This document shows positions 36,655 to 49,071 of a stretch of DNA of 64,000 nt, in pieces; the stretch's first letter is position 1; each line of letters begins with the position of its first letter. The translations under genes were made by a program, and so were the position numbers. This stretch comes from Octopus sinensis (Eukaryota). The stretch lies in the NCBI RefSeq assembly GCF_006345805.1, contig NC_043018.1, forward strand, positions 23,932,001 through 23,996,000. The letters run 5' to 3'. Below the pieces are notes generated by a model that was not told the DNA's origin, did not search any database, and was given only the letters and a program-made list of their open reading frames with translations.

Positions 36655-36955
36655 TCAGTGTGGAGACTAGGGATAGACGCATGGTTGATGAGAGCTGTAC
36701 AAGCTATGTATAGACATGCTACCAGTAAGGTGAGGGTTGGTAATGAGTACAGTAAAGAATTCAGGGTACAAGAAGGGGTTCATCAAGGATTAGTGCTCAG
36801 CCTCTTCTTGTTCATCATAGTCCTCCAGGCAATAACAGAAGGATCCAAGACAGGCCCCTCTATGCTGATGACCTTGCTCTTATAGCTGAATCAGTAAATG
36901 AACTAGAGAAGTTCTAGGTATGGAAGGACTTTAGAGTTAACCTGGTGAAAACCAG
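36655..36955 (+). mobile_element. RTE LINE RT fragment splitting a SINE
   Basis: Near copy of 33181-33470 in opposite orientation (MRAVQAMYRHATSKVRVGNEYSKEF). Confidence 0.8.
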
Positions 36956-37415
36956 CATGGCCAGTCAAATGACTGAAACAAGTAAAAGAGTAAAGAGTAA
37001 AAGAGAGATACCCCACTGTAACAGTGCTCTGCATAGTTACAGGCTGCCTCTTGGCTAGGCATAGTACCCGTTCAGCCACCTTGCCAGGGATATGGCAAAG
37101 TCATGGACTGCAGCCTGGTAGATTGTGAAGAAGTAGAAGAGCTCAAATGAGCCATTGATGCTTCCTACATAAATGCTGAGCAGAGGAATCCTAGATCAAA
37201 ATCAGGATCAACAGGCTCTATCAAGAGAATAACTGAAATGCAGCTGTAGGTGTGGTGTCCATGGTTGTGTAATTAGCTAATGAAGAAACTCCCAATTCAA
37301 ATTAATAATAATGCAATCGGTGGCAGAGAATCATGGGAATCCATAAAAGCAGCAAAAAGTTTTAAAAAAGACAATATTTACTCTTTTACTTGTTTCAGTC
37401 ATTTGACTGTGGCCA

Positions 37416-38344
37416 TTCTTCATAAATGACTTGCCCGACGACCTCACGCAACACACCCTTCTATTTGCCGACGATATCAAACTGGTCGCTCCTCGCAATG
37501 ATATAGAGGATCTTCGTCGATGCCTCCACCAAATTTGGAAGTGGTCTAACGAATGGGACCTGTGTCTGAACGTGTCAAAGTGCTGTCATCTGCCTGTTGG
37601 CTCTCCTCCTGCAACTCAACTTGATTTCGAGCCGGGTCGTCTGCTGCTGGAGAGGACCGATCAGGTAAAGGACCTGGGTATCTTGGTGGATTCCTCCATT
37701 TCGCCTTCGGCCCAGTGCGTCCATGCTGCCAACAAAGCACGCGGAATTCTGTTCTTGATTCGACGGTCATTCGGAATGCTCACAGCAGCCATATTCCTAC
37801 CACTCTATGTCACGCTGGTGAGACCCATATTGGAGTACGGGATTCAAGCCTCTTCTCCTTATCTCCTCAAAGACATACAGCATCTCAAAAGAGTCCAGAA
37901 GCTGGCTACCCGCATGGTTCATGGTCTCAAAAATTTGTCCTATGAAGAAAGGCTGAGGACGCTCGACCTTTATTCTCTTGAAAAACGCCGCCGCCGTGGT
38001 GATCTCATTCTCACCCACAACATCATAAGCGGAAAGTGTAACCTCTCGAAAGAGCTGTTCTTCACTCCTGCTCCAGAGCGTCGGCTGCGGGATCATTCCG
38101 AAAAGCTCTACCTGCGACGATTTCATCTCAATCGAAGGAGAGGAGCTTTCTCCGTCCGAGTTGCGGATCCGTGGAACAAGCTGCCAGACGAGATGGTGAA
38201 GATGCCAACGACCGCTTTGTTCAAAGCCTCCCTTGACCTCAAGTGGCCTGAACTCTTTACATGAACACCACCCTGTACTTAACTCCATGTCCCCCTACAT
38301 GGCCTTGCTATTTGCTTTTGAGCCAAATTAACTAACTAACTAAC
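37416..38344 (+). mobile_element. 5'-truncated CR1-clade LINE (RT C-terminus, 3' UTR, (ACTA)n tail) inserted in a SINE
   Basis: Open frame to 38264 with FINDLPDD, LFADDIKL, RPILEY and SLEKRRRRGDLI; tail aactaactaactaac. The flanks rejoin into one SINE tail. Confidence 0.9.
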
Positions 38345-38504
38345 CGCCTTTAATTGAGCAAATCGACCCCAGGACTTATTCTTTTGTAAGCCCAGTACTT
38401 ATTCTATCGGTCTCTTTTGCCAAACCGCTAAGTTACGGGGACATAAACACACCCGCATCAGTTGTCAAGCAATGCTAGGAGGATAAACACAGACACACAC
38501 ACGC

Positions 38505-38542
<38 letters not shown>

Positions 38543-39477
38543 GACGGGCTTCTTTCAGTTTCCGTCTACCAAATCCACTCACAAGGCTTTGGTCGGCCCG
38601 AGGCTATAGTAGAAGACACTTGCCCAAGGTGCCACGCAGTGGGACTGAACCCGGAACCATGTGGTTGGTAAACAAGCTACTTACCTCACTTAAATTTTAA
38701 TATTTAGCACTCAACTTATTTAAATGTCCTTGAAACCAATTCAAAGGTATAGAATAAAATATTTTCACAAATTATGAAAATATACCACCTGTGGTGCACA
38801 CAGCAGTCGTATGAAGTTTGCAACATGGTGCAGGTGGCAGTTACTGTGTCAAAGAATAAAAACATACTCCGATCAATAAACCATCTCAGTGCATGGAAAA
38901 TAAAAACTTACAATTAAAAGAAAATCAGAAATAAAACATTTATTTACAAAAGAGAAAAACAGTTCATGTTTTAAGTTGACAGATTAAGAATTTAAGTTTT
39001 ATGTACATATATATATATACATATATAAAGTATATACACGCATTCTATTTTAAGGTTATTTTTATTTTAACCATTTTTTTTTTCAAGCTAATAAAGTCTT
39101 GTATCGGTACTTATGTAGACAAATAATTATGTATATATGAGCATTACCTCTACAACCAATGTATGAATATATATCATCATCATCGTTTAACGTCCGCTTT
39201 CCATGCTGGCATGGGTTGGACGGTTTGACTGAGGACTGATGAGCCAGAGGCTGCACCAGGCTCAATGTGATCTGACAAATTTTCTACAGCTGGATGCTCT
39301 TCCTAATGCCAACCACTCCAAGCATGTAGTGGGTGCTTTTACATGCCACCATCACAAGGGCCAGTCAGGCAGTTCTGGCAACAACCACGCTCAAAAGGTG
39401 TTTTTACGTGTTACCTGCACGGGAGCCAGTCCGCCAGCACTGGCAACAATCACGCTCATCTTCCCACAGGCTTCAGA

Positions 39478-39885
39478 CATGGAGGAGGTAGTGCTACCCT
39501 GGGTCAAGAGGGTGGCTGTGGGAAGACCCTATGTCTGGCAAGAGGACTCTACCCAATGCCACACAAGCAGGAGAACCCAGTCATGACTACATCACCCCTA
39601 ACTACCTAGACTGCAAACCCTTCAATTATGTGTGGGGCACAGTTAAGCGACAGCCAACAAAACTCCTTCTAACACCAAAGATGAACTGAAGGCAAGGATT
39701 ATGGCAGCATTCACCAACAAGGAGACCATCCAAAAGAGTTGCAGGAAACTCCGAAATCGTCTAGAGGTCATGGTTGAAGACAGTGGCGATTTTATCGAAA
39801 TTTACTCTTTAGTATTTTAAGATATTTTTATGTAATTTTCGTAAGTATATGTTAAAATAAGATGTTAGGGTTATTTTCATTTTTG
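39478..39885 (+). mobile_element. Degenerate Tc1/mariner-superfamily transposase C-terminal fragment
   Basis: EEVVLPWVKRVAVGRPYVWQEDSTQCHTSRRTQ plus a degraded SPD-N-P-DY-VWG remnant. Confidence 0.7.
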
Positions 39886-40055
39886 CATAATTTACATGAC
39901 AGTTTATTCACTGCATCCTATATATACATCATACATATATACATTATACACACACAACTATATACATGTAAACATATGCACACATATAAATACATACACA
40001 TATTTACATAAATACATGTGTATGTATACGTTTGTTCATTTGTTTAATGTATGCG

Positions 40056-40086
<31 letters not shown>

Positions 40087-40301
40087 GAATATGCACACAC
40101 CTATATATACAGTCTGTTTCAATAGCAAATTTTATATATACATAGCTCTAACAGTGAATCATACACACATATTATATAAGTTTACCACACACCACACTAC
40201 AAGTATATCACATACACACACAAGCAAAAATTTAAATGGGGATTAATACAACCAGTTCCATTACTCTATAATTGCTATTCAGAGTTCTATATCTCAGTCT
40301 A

Positions 40302-43300
40302 TCAGCTTCGACGTGTCTGGCCTGCAACAGCAGTAGCAGGCTCTTCCATCTTAATGTCATTTTCATCTTCGTCTTCACATTTCGAGGCTGCTAGTCTTGC
40401 TGATTTAGTTCTATGTCGGCCGGGTGTAATGTTCCAAACCTTGTTTGCCTCAGGGATCCTTAAAGGAGAACTGAGGTGGATGACATTCTCAGCATTGTCT
40501 TGCAGTGAATTTAAGCTTGTTGACTGAAAAGATGTATTCCTTAAACTGTTTGGGGAGTTGTGCCGAATGGGGGAAGGTGGCGTCAGACTAATGTTTTGGT
40601 CGGAGTGAAATGTGACATTTTTAGACCTGCTGGCAACAAATGGAGTACTGATAGCACGGTTCATATAATTCTGTTCATCCGAACTGTTTATGACATCCTG
40701 TTTTGATTTTGAAGAATTGTTTGTAGAGCTGTCAGAACTTATTCTAAGAGACTGCCTCTTTTCTCCATTAATTTGCTGAAGTCTTTCAATTGATTTTTTC
40801 GCAGAATTCAAAATTGCTTTCTTAGATAAGGAAAGGGTTTCTAAATTTCTGCCCGGCTTTACAGCAGAAACAGGAACTTGGTTTGAGTTACGATTGTTAT
40901 TCACATCATCAAATTCTTGCTCAGGAGAAGGAGATTTTTGAGCGATTTCTTGTTGTTCTTCATTTTCTTTTTGTTGCTGCTGCTGCTGCTGTTGTTGTTC
41001 TTCAAACTTACGTAAATCAAATTCGATTTCATCAGCAAGTTGCTTGTCCGTACCAAGAATCTGTTGAATTTCACTTTTGAAATCTTTAATGAGTTCTCGG
41101 AGATACAACATCAGCTCTTTTAACACTGGAGACCGTTTAGTTTCTAAGACAAGTTTTAGTGACGTAACAATCGGAACTATATTTTCTATCAAATTTTTCT
41201 TCATCACTTTTGAAATAAGATTTTTGTTCATTTTTGCAATAACAGCAGCAGCCATTTCCTCTTCGTCCATGTTACCTTCATTTTGTTTGTTGACAATTAA
41301 AGATATTTTGATTTCTTTACTACCAAGGATGGTTAAAGAATCCTGCAACACTGTAGTTCCGTCTTCATCAAGTTCAATGATTCCATCAACAACTCCTGCT
41401 AGGATTTCCTGATTCAGTTTTCCAGATAAGTTGATTTTATGCTCATCAGTCATGTGTTGAAGCATAAAAGTGTAAAGACGCCACCGTAGATCAAATTTGG
41501 ATTTTCCACGTAGATCAAGGCTGTTTTTGTTGTTTTGATCTTGGGTAAATCTGTTATACATCGGATGTTTCTGGTAACGATTGAAGTAAAATATGCATTC
41601 AATAAAATGATAGAACATGATGTTTGGATTACGAACCAACAGACAATGAACAAAGCAAAACTCGGAGAACTTTTGCAGTTCTATTTGTTCATCTAAGTAA
41701 GTTGTGATGAAACGATAGAACAGTGGACCTTTCCATTTCAGATAATCTTCCTGGATGAGCATGGTGAGTAACGTCATGGTTTGTTTCCTGATCAAAGGAG
41801 AAACGTCATTGAGACATGTTGCTACCTTGGGAATATACTGATCGACAAGGGTAGTGTATCGTATACACAGGTCACACAAAATAAAGACCACGTTGTTGCG
41901 GATGGCTTCTTCTGATGATGTTTCCAGTTCTCGTACAAGTGCTGCAACACACTTTTTTGCAAGATCTTCGTTCTGAAGGCAGAATTTTCCGAGTGTAATG
42001 AATGCATGCCCTCTCACACGACTGCTTAACTTGGAACCGGCAAAATGAAGCAAAGTTTCATGATTTTTACCTGACTTTGTTTTAGATAAATTATCAAGAC
42101 CATTTGTTTGGGAGGCGACTGATCCTTGGGAACATTTCAATACAAAATCCGAAATGCAAGGAGAAGCAATAATGCTCTGTACTACTAACAAAATATGTTT
42201 GATGGGATATGCTGGATGAAGTTGACAAACTTCTCCAAGAGTAAACAAATGACAAATAACTTTTTCTTCATCAACAGCAGTATTTTCTTTTTCAGACAAA
42301 ATTAATTTGGATAAATATTTATCAGAAGCTTTCAGAATGTCCTGGCATAACGTTTTCAACTTGTTTTTCTCAAATTTATTGTCTTCAGTTAGTTTCTTGA
42401 TGGTTGCCATAGTCATAGAAATTAAGTCGATAGGAGAACCGAATTGCAACAAACGCTTGCTGAGGTCAGCTACAAGTTTTTGCTTCTCTTCAAAAGGCAC
42501 TGATTCAGCCACATTCAATAAAACTTTCAAAACATATTTACAAGTTGATGTACTCTCATTGCCACTATCTAATGAACAATTTTCATTCCAAAACTGAACT
42601 ACAAAAGAGCAATCAAATTTTACTTTTGCAGTTGAAAGTTCTGAAAGCATCATCCAAGCTGCATTGTTATGTTCAGTACCTACGTGAGTTTTAAGCACAT
42701 TGATGTGAAACACTTTGATCAGTTTCAACCTTGCCCACTGGCTAACAGCTCGTTGGAAATATCGCCGAAGGCTTTCTTCCTCTTCTCCGGCCATTATTTG
42801 TAATAAACTCCATGTCAACTGGTACTGACTTGATAGAGACCTATTATATGTACACAGATTCTGAAGGAGGACTTCTTCGAGGCACTTCATGCATTTTTCT
42901 TGTAAAGTAGTTTCACAATCCAAAATTAAAGGTAAAACTCCATTAAGCCAAGCTTTCTGAATGAAATAGCATGTTGGTAAATCAAATAGAAGGGAGCTGA
43001 GCGACTGCATAGCTTGCTTCCGAACAGACAAAGATGGGTCTCGGCATCTTTCCTCCAAAATATTTACACCCATTTGGCAGTCGTTCTGCAGCAACCGTAC
43101 AAGACTTTCAAAAGCCTGAAGAGCTGATTTCCTCACAAAAACTTTTTCATCTGATGATCTCCTTTTAAGCATTGAAAGAACACCATAATTATCAGAAAGA
43201 TTATTATCAACAGGACTAAAATCCAAGTTGACAAACGGTGTCTGTCCAGTGAAGACAATACCTTGATTAGGAGTTTTATTATTTTCAGAGTCTGAAATTG

Positions 43301-44831
43301 GAGTCACATTGTCAATTTCTAAATTTGGAAGACTTTCTAAATTTGAAGGCTTGCTGTCATATTCTTCATTTTGTGGCGTAAACAAACTTTGGCACGCATT
43401 TACAACTTTTTGATTCCTCGACCCTACACACTGGGAAAAGATTACAATTGCTCTTGAACGGACTGATGAAGAATTGTCGGAACAGCGGTCAACAACGTAA
43501 CCGATATAATGCTTATGTTTTAAATATTCTTGTAGATCGGCAGGAACATCTACTGACTCTATCTCAGTTTTCGAAAGCAACAACGAAAAAATTTCAAGAG
43601 CCATCATTCGGTTGTTAGTTTTCGAAGTACTTATCAACACACCAACCCATTTTATCATTTCGGCATAACTGGTTTTGTCAAAAGCATCCATTATAGTCAA
43701 AATAGATTCTGCCACTTTGCTTCTATAATCTGTTTTGTCTGGAGTTTTAATACATAAATGTTGAATTAAAGTCCTCGCAGACTTCATTGCTGAATCTTTG
43801 TGCTGATGAAGAATGTCACATATAAATGAAATAGAATTCAGTCGGCATTGAGCGTAAGCAACAGGAATTGTTTGGGAGAAAACCACTTTGTTATTGAGGC
43901 CAAGCATTAATATGCTGCTCATTAGTTGTTTGTAAACAACGTTGATGATGGCAGCTGAGTTACCTTGAAAGCCGGAACATAACTGTTTTAAGGCAACATA
44001 CGCCAACTCGACTGGATACTTAGCGGTGGAAGCAGTAAACGTACGGTTAATATGGTTGTCCAAACCTGCGTAGGGACGGATAAGCTCGGCCATAACTTGG
44101 ATGCTTTTGTGAATTGAAGAATCGGATCCACGCAAAGAAAAATTCTGAACAAGTTGAATAAAAGCTTTTAGCGCACTAACCAAGGCTTTCTGTAGGATAA
44201 TGTTATCTTGCGGAGAAAGTTCCTCTCCGTCACTTTCATCGCTTCCTTCGTCCCCGTCATCGTCATCCATCTCGACCGAAGGATTTCTACTCAATTTACG
44301 ATTTTTGGCGCGGTTACTCTTCTGAGAATTCTTTTGTGAGAGTTTACGTTTTCTGTTTGCGCCGGCGCTCGACGTCCACCTCCGCAAAACGTCCAGGCAC
44401 GAGTTCAATAACATCGGGTTAAAAATTTTAAAAGCGCCACTACCAGCAATGGATACGAGTTGAAAATAATTGCAAGAAGCCAACAGACCCGCATGTCTTT
44501 TTGTTGCACCCACTTTGGCTTTGGAAGAAGCAGATTCTATCAAATACGCCAGATAAGCGATGAAATGTTTGTAGGAAACATCACTTTCAACCAGAACAGT
44601 CCAAAAACTAACCTCGTTTGTTTCTCTGTTTATCCAGCAATCGAGCGAAGACTGAAGTTTAAGCAGATCTTCGATGTAGAAGTTGCTCTCTTCTAAATCG
44701 ATTATCAAATCCTCCGGAATAGTGTCTAATTCAACGAAATCTTTTTCCCATGCCGACTTTACCCAGCTATCTTCCAGTTGATCAAGAGGCAAATCGTTTA
44801 GAATCGCGATAATTTGTTCGATGCCCGCCAT
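40302..44831 (-). CDS. NCAPD3: Condensin-2 complex subunit D3, 1509 aa, single uninterrupted ORF
   Basis: HEAT-repeat protein of the expected length with the Cnd1-type segment (RGHAFITLGKFCL...IRNNVVFILCDLCIRYTTLVDQYIPKVATCLNDVSPLIRKQ...IQEDYLKWKG), VRKSALQ and VRKQAM repeats, and a low-complexity C-terminus with polyQ. Confidence 0.93.
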   Translation of the reverse strand: MAGIEQIIAILNDLPLDQLEDSWVKSAWEKDFVELDTIPEDLIIDLEESNFYIEDLLKLQSSLDCWINRETNEVSFWTVLVESDVSYKHFIAYLAYLIESASSKAKVGATKRHAGLLASCNYFQLVSIAGSGAFKIFNPMLLNSCLDVLRRWTSSAGANRKRKLSQKNSQKSNRAKNRKLSRNPSVEMDDDDGDEGSDESDGEELSPQDNIILQKALVSALKAFIQLVQNFSLRGSDSSIHKSIQVMAELIRPYAGLDNHINRTFTASTAKYPVELAYVALKQLCSGFQGNSAAIINVVYKQLMSSILMLGLNNKVVFSQTIPVAYAQCRLNSISFICDILHQHKDSAMKSARTLIQHLCIKTPDKTDYRSKVAESILTIMDAFDKTSYAEMIKWVGVLISTSKTNNRMMALEIFSLLLSKTEIESVDVPADLQEYLKHKHYIGYVVDRCSDNSSSVRSRAIVIFSQCVGSRNQKVVNACQSLFTPQNEEYDSKPSNLESLPNLEIDNVTPISDSENNKTPNQGIVFTGQTPFVNLDFSPVDNNLSDNYGVLSMLKRRSSDEKVFVRKSALQAFESLVRLLQNDCQMGVNILEERCRDPSLSVRKQAMQSLSSLLFDLPTCYFIQKAWLNGVLPLILDCETTLQEKCMKCLEEVLLQNLCTYNRSLSSQYQLTWSLLQIMAGEEEESLRRYFQRAVSQWARLKLIKVFHINVLKTHVGTEHNNAAWMMLSELSTAKVKFDCSFVVQFWNENCSLDSGNESTSTCKYVLKVLLNVAESVPFEEKQKLVADLSKRLLQFGSPIDLISMTMATIKKLTEDNKFEKNKLKTLCQDILKASDKYLSKLILSEKENTAVDEEKVICHLFTLGEVCQLHPAYPIKHILLVVQSIIASPCISDFVLKCSQGSVASQTNGLDNLSKTKSGKNHETLLHFAGSKLSSRVRGHAFITLGKFCLQNEDLAKKCVAALVRELETSSEEAIRNNVVFILCDLCIRYTTLVDQYIPKVATCLNDVSPLIRKQTMTLLTMLIQEDYLKWKGPLFYRFITTYLDEQIELQKFSEFCFVHCLLVRNPNIMFYHFIECIFYFNRYQKHPMYNRFTQDQNNKNSLDLRGKSKFDLRWRLYTFMLQHMTDEHKINLSGKLNQEILAGVVDGIIELDEDGTTVLQDSLTILGSKEIKISLIVNKQNEGNMDEEEMAAAVIAKMNKNLISKVMKKNLIENIVPIVTSLKLVLETKRSPVLKELMLYLRELIKDFKSEIQQILGTDKQLADEIEFDLRKFEEQQQQQQQQQKENEEQQEIAQKSPSPEQEFDDVNNNRNSNQVPVSAVKPGRNLETLSLSKKAILNSAKKSIERLQQINGEKRQSLRISSDSSTNNSSKSKQDVINSSDEQNYMNRAISTPFVASRSKNVTFHSDQNISLTPPSPIRHNSPNSLRNTSFQSTSLNSLQDNAENVIHLSSPLRIPEANKVWNITPGRHRTKSARLAASKCEDEDENDIKMEEPATAVAGQTRRS

Positions 44832-45006
44832 AGTTTGAATTCTAGCCTCGTTTTCATATCTCTCAACCGCTTCCCTTTCCTTTAGATTCGCTCCCCTGTT
44901 TCTGATGAGCCGCTTATACCGCTAAATAAAAACTACAGTTCGCTTTAAGACTGTCTCATAGATGGAGGTGGGAGGGGACAGCGGTTAAATTGCTTGTTAA
45001 TTAAAA

Positions 45007-45555
45007 TCTTTATATATAAAAGTGAAGTTGTGTGTCTGTCTCCTACGATTTAGATTCCTAACTACTCCCACATTTTGCGGTGCAGTGAAACCAAAAGCGG
45101 GTATCTTATAGTCGTGATTCATATCGAGCCCTTCTGGGTATTAGCGCGCGTCTACGATGAGTCTACGATTAAAAAAAAAATAAGCGGGTATCTTATAGTC
45201 GTGATTCATATCGAGCCCTTCTGGGTATTAGCGCGCGTCTACGATGAGTCTACGATTTAAAAAAAAAAAGCGGGTATCTTATAGTCGTGATTCATATCGA
45301 GCCCTTCTGGGTATTAGCGCGCGTCTACGATGAGTCTACGATTTAAAAAAAATTTACCATCATTTTTTCGCTATTATATAAGGGAAGTAACTCTCTAAAA
45401 ACGTCTACGATGAGTCAACGATTTAAAAAAAATTTACCATCATTTTTTTTCCATTTTTAATGCTTTTTTGTGCTATTTTTTGGCTATAACTCTCTAAAAA
45501 TGCTTATATAGTTATTTCCCTTACAAACCCGAGCAACGCCGGGCGATACTGCTAG
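45007..45555 (+). mobile_element. Non-autonomous Helitron with internal ~75-bp triplication, 175 bp upstream of the NCAPD3 ATG
   Basis: A|TC...CTAG|T termini and subterminal hairpin; same family as 24751-26423. Confidence 0.85.
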
Positions 45556-46305
45556 TTTAATAATAAATCTCTGAACGAGGTATAAACAGTAACTGCACGA
45601 CAATGTGAGGTATACTTGCCATCTCAATATGGCTAACCACTAAGGGTGGGTGTTACTGTAGCTTGTAGCCCCAGGAGAACATCGTCTCCAGCTGGCTTTA
45701 GGCACAATTTCTGTGCTCTTATTGTATTTGCAAAGGGGGGTCATATGTATATGATTATATATGTATAATTAAAATTTACATTCCTTTAAAATTATTTTAG
45801 CAGAACCAACAAAAAGGCGAAGAAAGGGCAGAATTCTGGTTTAAGTACCCCACCCCCCACCATTTAACCCCTCATAACGTTTTCAGAAAATTGTAGCAAA
45901 TTTGCTCTACACACGGGAATTTATACGATAATGCAGAAAAATAATTTTTGTATGATTTAAAGGTCGCTTTAGCTGTTGTTTTTAGCACAACTCACGACCC
46001 CCTGATACCTTTCTCGTTTTGTTTTTTTGTCACTGACTTGTATTGATATTTTTCGACATTTTCTTCCCATAAACACATTTAATGGAATGATGGTGCACCC
46101 AAGGATGGCGCACAGCTGGGACTTAAGAATAAAAATTCAGACTGTCTGTATTTTAAACTGATTTTTTTTTAATGCGCAATAATGCAAACTTTTAAGATTT
46201 ATTAGGAAGTGGGGTAAAAAAATTTAAAAGGAAATTTGTTTTTTGGCATAATTGTATGAATTCCCATGAGTGGAACACAAATTCGGAAATTCAAAAACTA
46301 AAAAC

Positions 46306-46348
<43 letters not shown>

Positions 46349-47520
46349 CATTGTGTACAGTGCTCAGGTGCACTACAACTCATCTAAAGTGTATGTATAG
46401 TACATAGGGTAATGTGCAAGCGTCAGGAAAAGAACAGTGCATGAGACATGACATACACATATGTGTATGAGTATGGGAGGGGGACAATCAGGTGTAGTTT
46501 TGGCGGATTTTGGAAAGCATGAGGGCCTTAAAGGATGCAGTGTCATGGCAGTCAACAACTGACGCAGGCAGTTTGTTCCATGCTTTAGCAACTCTGGGCG
46601 GGGTAAAAAATTTTAAAAGAAAATTTCTTTGGCATAATTGTATGAATTCCCCTGAGTGGAACACAAATTCGCAAAAGTTTTTGGAAATTCAAAAACTAAA
46701 AACGTCATGAGGAGTTACATGGGGTGCCTAAACCAGAATTCCACTGAAGGAAGTAGAATTATATGGCTGTATTTTCAATTTTATTTTCTCATCAATAATG
46801 AGGAGTGAGAAAAAATTCTCTTAATTTTGAGAGTGGGAGCAGGATCAAGGGATTTCTCTGATTGAGAAGCAGTCTTAAAAGATGAAATGAAATACAGACG
46901 AAAACATGGATTTCTACAACAGACACAAAGGCAGCAATTTGGTTAAAGAATGAAGTTGTTAAATCAACCCTGAACATATTACTGGTACTTATTTTCTCAT
47001 AGGTCTGCAGGATAGGTGCTGCTGTGGGACTGAACAAAAGTAAACTCTACAAGGTGATTTCATCTATGCCAAGAGAATAGACTGGGTGGTCATGGCTGGA
47101 ATGTTTTTGATCTTAAATCTCCCACCCCAGGACTGCACACAAGGTCCTGTTCTTGTGATGTGGTAGCTTGCATGCCCCAATGACTTTGAAAGCTATGCCA
47201 GTAGAACACAAACTCCTGGTGTGGCCTCTCATGCCAAACAGATCTATGCTCCATAGGCAGTGAAGGGCTTAAGTAAGTAAGGGCATGGGACTAAACAACA
47301 GCAACAGTAACAAAGATTTTTTCTCCATGCAATAGGACAGTTAGGAAGGTGGCAAGCAGGCAGAATCGTTTACATTCCAGGCAAAATGCTTAGCAGTAAT
47401 TTCATCCATCATTACAATTATCATTATCATCATTTAATGTCCATTGTCCATGCTAGCATGGATTGGACAGTTTGACCAGGGCTGGTAAGCTGAGGGGCTG
47501 CACCAAACTCTGGTCTGATT

Positions 47521-48107
47521 GTCAGTCCCTCTGTTGGATCCACACTAGGCAGACTCTCCCTCTCCCGAGAGTTCTCCGCATTTAGCAGCCTTTCATAGTG
47601 GCACTTCCAAGCCTCCTCCTTCACAGGGTTACTAACTGCCAGTGACCCATCATCCATGCGAACACATTTCTCTCCTACCACATCACGATTTTCTCTGACA
47701 CACTGTCTTGCAATCCAAAACACTTCAAGCCTCTAGTCCTCACAACACAGAACATTGGCAAACTTTCTCCTCTTTGCTTCTCCCCTGCCTATATACACCT
47801 GTCTTCTAGCCTCCCTCCTAGCTACTTGATATAATTCCCTGCTCCCACCACTCTTCCAGTCCTGCTTCTTTGTTATGATGACCTTGTCTATAGCATCATT
47901 CCACCACCATGTTACCTTAGGTCTGGTTGGGATTTTGCACCCACTACAGATTTGGTCTGTGGCACTAAGCAAACTTTCCTGCCACAATTCCTAGTTGCCA
48001 TCTATATTACAAGTCTGTAATTCCTCTTCCTTCTCATCAAATTTGTCAATTAGGATGTCCCTAAATCTCTGACCATATGAAGGATTCTTAAGCTTCCATA
48101 TTCTGAG
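47521..48107 (-). mobile_element. RTE LINE internal fragment (degenerate)
   Basis: CVRENRDVVGEKCVRMDDGSLAV...KEEAWKCHYERLLN and KVTWWWNDAIDK. Confidence 0.75.
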
Positions 48108-49071
48108 TTCAAATTCTGCCAAGATCAACTTAGCCTTTCATCCTTTTGGAGTTGGTAAAAATAAGTACCAGTGAAATACTGAAGTCATTGTAATCGACTT
48201 ACCTGCTCCCCTGAAATTTCTGACCTTATGCCAAAATTTTAAATCAAGATGTAGACTGTTAGGAGCATGAAAGTAGGTTAGTATGGGAGTGCACATTCAT
48301 AAGGTCAGGAGTTCAATTTCAGAAACAGAGGATGCATTATGTACTTGAGCAAAGCACTTTATTTCATATCACTCTAGTCCACTCACCTGTATATGAAAGC
48401 CAGCCTAGAGCTCTCTTTCATTCTACCTGTCTCATCATCAATGTTTTACTGGGTCAAGGGAGGGCAAACCAAGATGGTTTCTACATCTGCTCACGGCTAC
48501 ATAGTTACCTGAAACAACTATCAAAAGCATAAGAGTAGGTGAGCCAAGAAGGCCCTAGTCTCTACTCACAACTATATATGCACCGGAAAACAGTGAGAGC
48601 ATAAGGATGGATGAATCCTAATGCTAGGCACCTAAATTCGTAAAAGCCACTTAGTTTCACATTTTGGCACAAGGCCAGCAGTTTCAGGGAAGCAGGTAAA
48701 TCAGTTACATTGACCCCAGTGTTCAACTGGTACTCATCTTATTGAACCCAAAACGATAAAAGGTAGAATCAACCTTGGTGCCATTTGAACTGAGAATGTA
48801 AAGCTAGAAGAAATGTCGCTAAGCACTTTTTCTGGTATTCTATTATTTATTTCAGTCATTTGACTGTGGTCATGCTGGAGCACTGCCTTTAGCCAGACAA
48901 ATCAAACCCAGGACTTATTCTTTGTAATACTAGTACTTATCCTATCAGTCTCTTTTTCTGAACCGCTAAGTTACGGGGACGTAAACACACCAACATCAGT
49001 TGTCAATCAATGATGGGGAACAAACACAGACACACACACATATTTATATAACGGTTTCTTTCAGTTTCCGT

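Noticed and set aside
40883-44696. Short ORFs overlapping NCAPD3
   Set aside because: Antisense or alternate-frame shadows with no independent signal.
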